A stretch of DNA of 29,067 nt from positions 1 through 29,067 of the forward strand of contig JBECUL010000024.1 in the NCBI GenBank assembly GCA_040225955.1. The letters run 5' to 3'. Numbering within the stretch: the stretch's first letter is position 1; the number at the start of each line of letters is the position of its first letter. A model generated the notes under the pieces. That model saw only the letters and a program-made list of their open reading frames with translations, was not told the DNA's origin and did not search any database. Source of the DNA: Candidatus Asgardarchaeum abyssi. Its GTDB lineage: Archaea; Asgardarchaeota; Asgardarchaeia; Asgardarchaeales; Asgardarchaeaceae. Positions 27,234 to 29,067 of this stretch are shown one piece after another. Made by a program: the position numbers and the translations under genes.

Positions 27234-28067
27234 TCATTTGCTTGATACTGTTTTCTGATTTTTCCGGTATGTATTAGTTGTAGTGACCCCTAGCCCCCTA
27301 GTACGCTTATTACCAACATTAGAGAATTCAGCGAACCTCGTTAACACTGCCAACCATCGGATATATCCATCACTTGATTTAGCAATAAAAGAAACACGAC
27401 CTTTAAACCCAACAATTTTTTCAGCTTTGCCAATATCAATTTCTCTTGTTACAACTTTTAATTCTCTAACAAAGACATTTTGAGAAACCCAATTCTTAAA
27501 TTCTGCAAGATCTACCTTTACATCCGAATAGGTATTCCAAATTCTTGCCAGATTAGAGAAAAGCAGCTCAGGAATTGGCAACATTATAGGATATTTCTTG
27601 TTTTTCTCTTTAAATTGGACGGGAGTATGAAAAATAAAACTAAATTTACTTGGAGGCTCATCATAACCTGCTTCCTCTTTTAATAACTGGTCAAAGTTTT
27701 TCTTCTTAAGATTTATCTTGGTAACCGCAAATGTAAGATTAGCTAAATTTATTTTCCCAACACTTTCTGATACCAACTCACTAAATATCTTCTCCTCTAA
27801 AAGGGGATCAAGAATAGAATATCCAAAGAAACATATATCCCCCTTTCTCACACGCCACATACCAGCTTTCACTAGCCGCTTTTTTCTCTCAGGAGCCAAA
27901 GGAAAAATAGCATAGGGTTTTATCATCTGTTCGTCATGAAGTTTTTTAGAAAGTTCAGAACTTACCCTCTTTAGTCTCCCTAAGAAGAATCCCTGAACTA
28001 TGTGCCCAGTAAATGCAGGAATCACACCATCCGACAACGCCATAACTTCAAAAATCGCTTTAATCAT
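27234..28067 (-). CDS. cas6: CRISPR pre-crRNA processing endoribonuclease Cas6, second paralog next to the array
   Basis: FTGHIVQGFFL, FIFHTP, DIGKAEKIVGFKG, SNVGNKRTRGLGV. ATG 28067 (after GAGG) aligns with the start of the other Cas6; ORF track extends to 28094. Confidence 0.93.
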   Translation of the reverse strand: MIKAIFEVMALSDGVIPAFTGHIVQGFFLGRLKRVSSELSKKLHDEQMIKPYAIFPLAPERKKRLVKAGMWRVRKGDICFFGYSILDPLLEEKIFSELVSESVGKINLANLTFAVTKINLKKKNFDQLLKEEAGYDEPPSKFSFIFHTPVQFKEKNKKYPIMLPIPELLFSNLARIWNTYSDVKVDLAEFKNWVSQNVFVRELKVVTREIDIGKAEKIVGFKGRVSFIAKSSDGYIRWLAVLTRFAEFSNVGNKRTRGLGVTTTNTYRKNQKTVSSK

Positions 28068-28509
28068 ACTTAATATCCTCTTGCTGATGATCACTAATAT
28101 AACGACTAGAAAACTAACTATTTAAGCTTCACCACTCAAAATCTACATGCATCTAACACTTTGAAGTCAACCCTATAATAAAATTCACTCAATTCACAAG
28201 TAATATTCTTCAAAGAATAATTACGAAAAGTGGACATCTTTATTATCTATTTTATTATTGTTAATATTATTACATTATTTAGTAATATAATTAAGTTAGA
28301 TGAAGATAGAAATTTGATAGGAAGCTAATAATAATTCTCTCTAAATCAAATCACAGCCACTTTTTTGGCCATTCTCCTTATAATTTATCAATTCCATGTA
28401 AATCCCTTCTATAAGTATTTTATACAAGTCACATGGTGGAGCAGATAGACACAGCATGACCAATTAACACCTTCAGTAATTAAGCCGTGATACATATCAA
28501 CTATTGCTT

Positions 28510-29067
28510 CTTTCAATCCCCATATAGGGGAATTCTTTCTGCAAGTTTTGTATTCCTTTACTTCTATTTCTATATCATTGAAACTTTCAATCCCCATATA
28601 GGGGAATTCTTTCTGCAAGACTGGTACTGCGGGTTGAACCCGACATATTTAGGTTGACCTTTCAATCCCCATATAGGGGAATTCTTTCTGCAAGTTATAC
28701 GGTTGAGGAAAAAATACTATTGGCAATATACGGCTTTCAATCCCCATATAGGGGAATTCTTTCTGCAAGTATCAACAACAGTTTAGCTTTAATTCCAGCG
28801 ATAATTTCTTTCAATCCCCATATAGGGGAATTCTTTCTGCAAGTTTTGTATTCCTTTACTTCTATTTCTATATCATTGAAACTTTCAATCCCCATATAGG
28901 GGAATTCTTTCTGCAAGACTGGTACTGCGGGTTGAACCCGACATATTTAGGTTGACCTTTCAATCCCCATATAGGGGAATTCTTTCTGCAAGTTATACGG
29001 TTGAGGAAAAAATACTATTGGCAATATACGGCTTTCAATCCCCATATAGGGGAATTCTTTCTGCAAG
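28510..29067 (-). CRISPR. CRISPR array: 8 identical 36-bp repeats, 7 spacers of 38-39 bp, truncated by the window end
   Basis: Repeat (+) ctttcaatccccatataggggaattctttctgcaag at 28510, 28584, 28659, 28734, 28808, 28882, 28957 and 29032. The reverse complement ends ATTGAAAG (canonical 8-nt handle) with a tcccc/gggga hairpin, so transcription is on the minus strand and the leader lies beyond the window. Confidence 0.98.

Noticed and set aside
939-27915. Numerous short antisense or overlapping ORFs (e.g. 939..1202, 1371..1754, 1892..2113, 9864..10178, 18091..18510, 21829..22239, 27283..27483)
   Set aside because: Shadow ORFs on the opposite strand or frame of well-supported genes, with no motifs.
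28200-28340. AT-rich stretch as the CRISPR leader
   Set aside because: The ATTGAAAG handle orientation and a possible degenerate repeat place the leader at the other end; this stretch is more likely the cas6 upstream region.
28620-28658. Internal palindrome (cgggtt-g-aacccg) in spacer B
   Set aside because: A single short palindrome; no evidence of function without the protospacer.
28409-28899. ORFs 28409..28618 and 28654..28899
   Set aside because: They are translations of CRISPR repeats and spacers.

Overview
AT-rich archaeal window (GGTGA-type RBSs, TATA/BRE promoters, archaeal gene families; an Asgard-like thermophile is plausible but is inference only). It is a defence island bracketed by two paralogous cas6 genes. 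It carries a complete type III-D-like effector operon (cas10 with intact GGDD but degenerate HD, four cas7-group genes, cas5/csx10, cas11 and a second small helical gene), a CRISPR array running off the right end (8 repeats, spacers ABCDABC), and no cas1/cas2. No recognisable Csm6/Csx1 effector is present. Instead there are three unexplained modules: (i) a divergently transcribed pair of ~485-aa proteins with CARF-like Rossmann C-termini; (ii) a winged-helix / catalytically dead NurA fusion coupled to an intact HerA, with a double-palindrome operator over its own promoter; (iii) an unannotated 26-aa Pro/Gly-rich peptide gene facing away from a 541-aa double-wHTH regulator. Also present: an endonuclease-III-like gene broken by two adjacent mini-transposons, a tnpB remnant, alaX, a nonsense-interrupted coiled-coil PD-(D/E)XK gene, mntA with a broken hepT, intact vapBC, an LVIVD-repeat surface protein and a GC-rich three-way-junction RNA element. 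All family calls come from motif reading by eye, not database searches.
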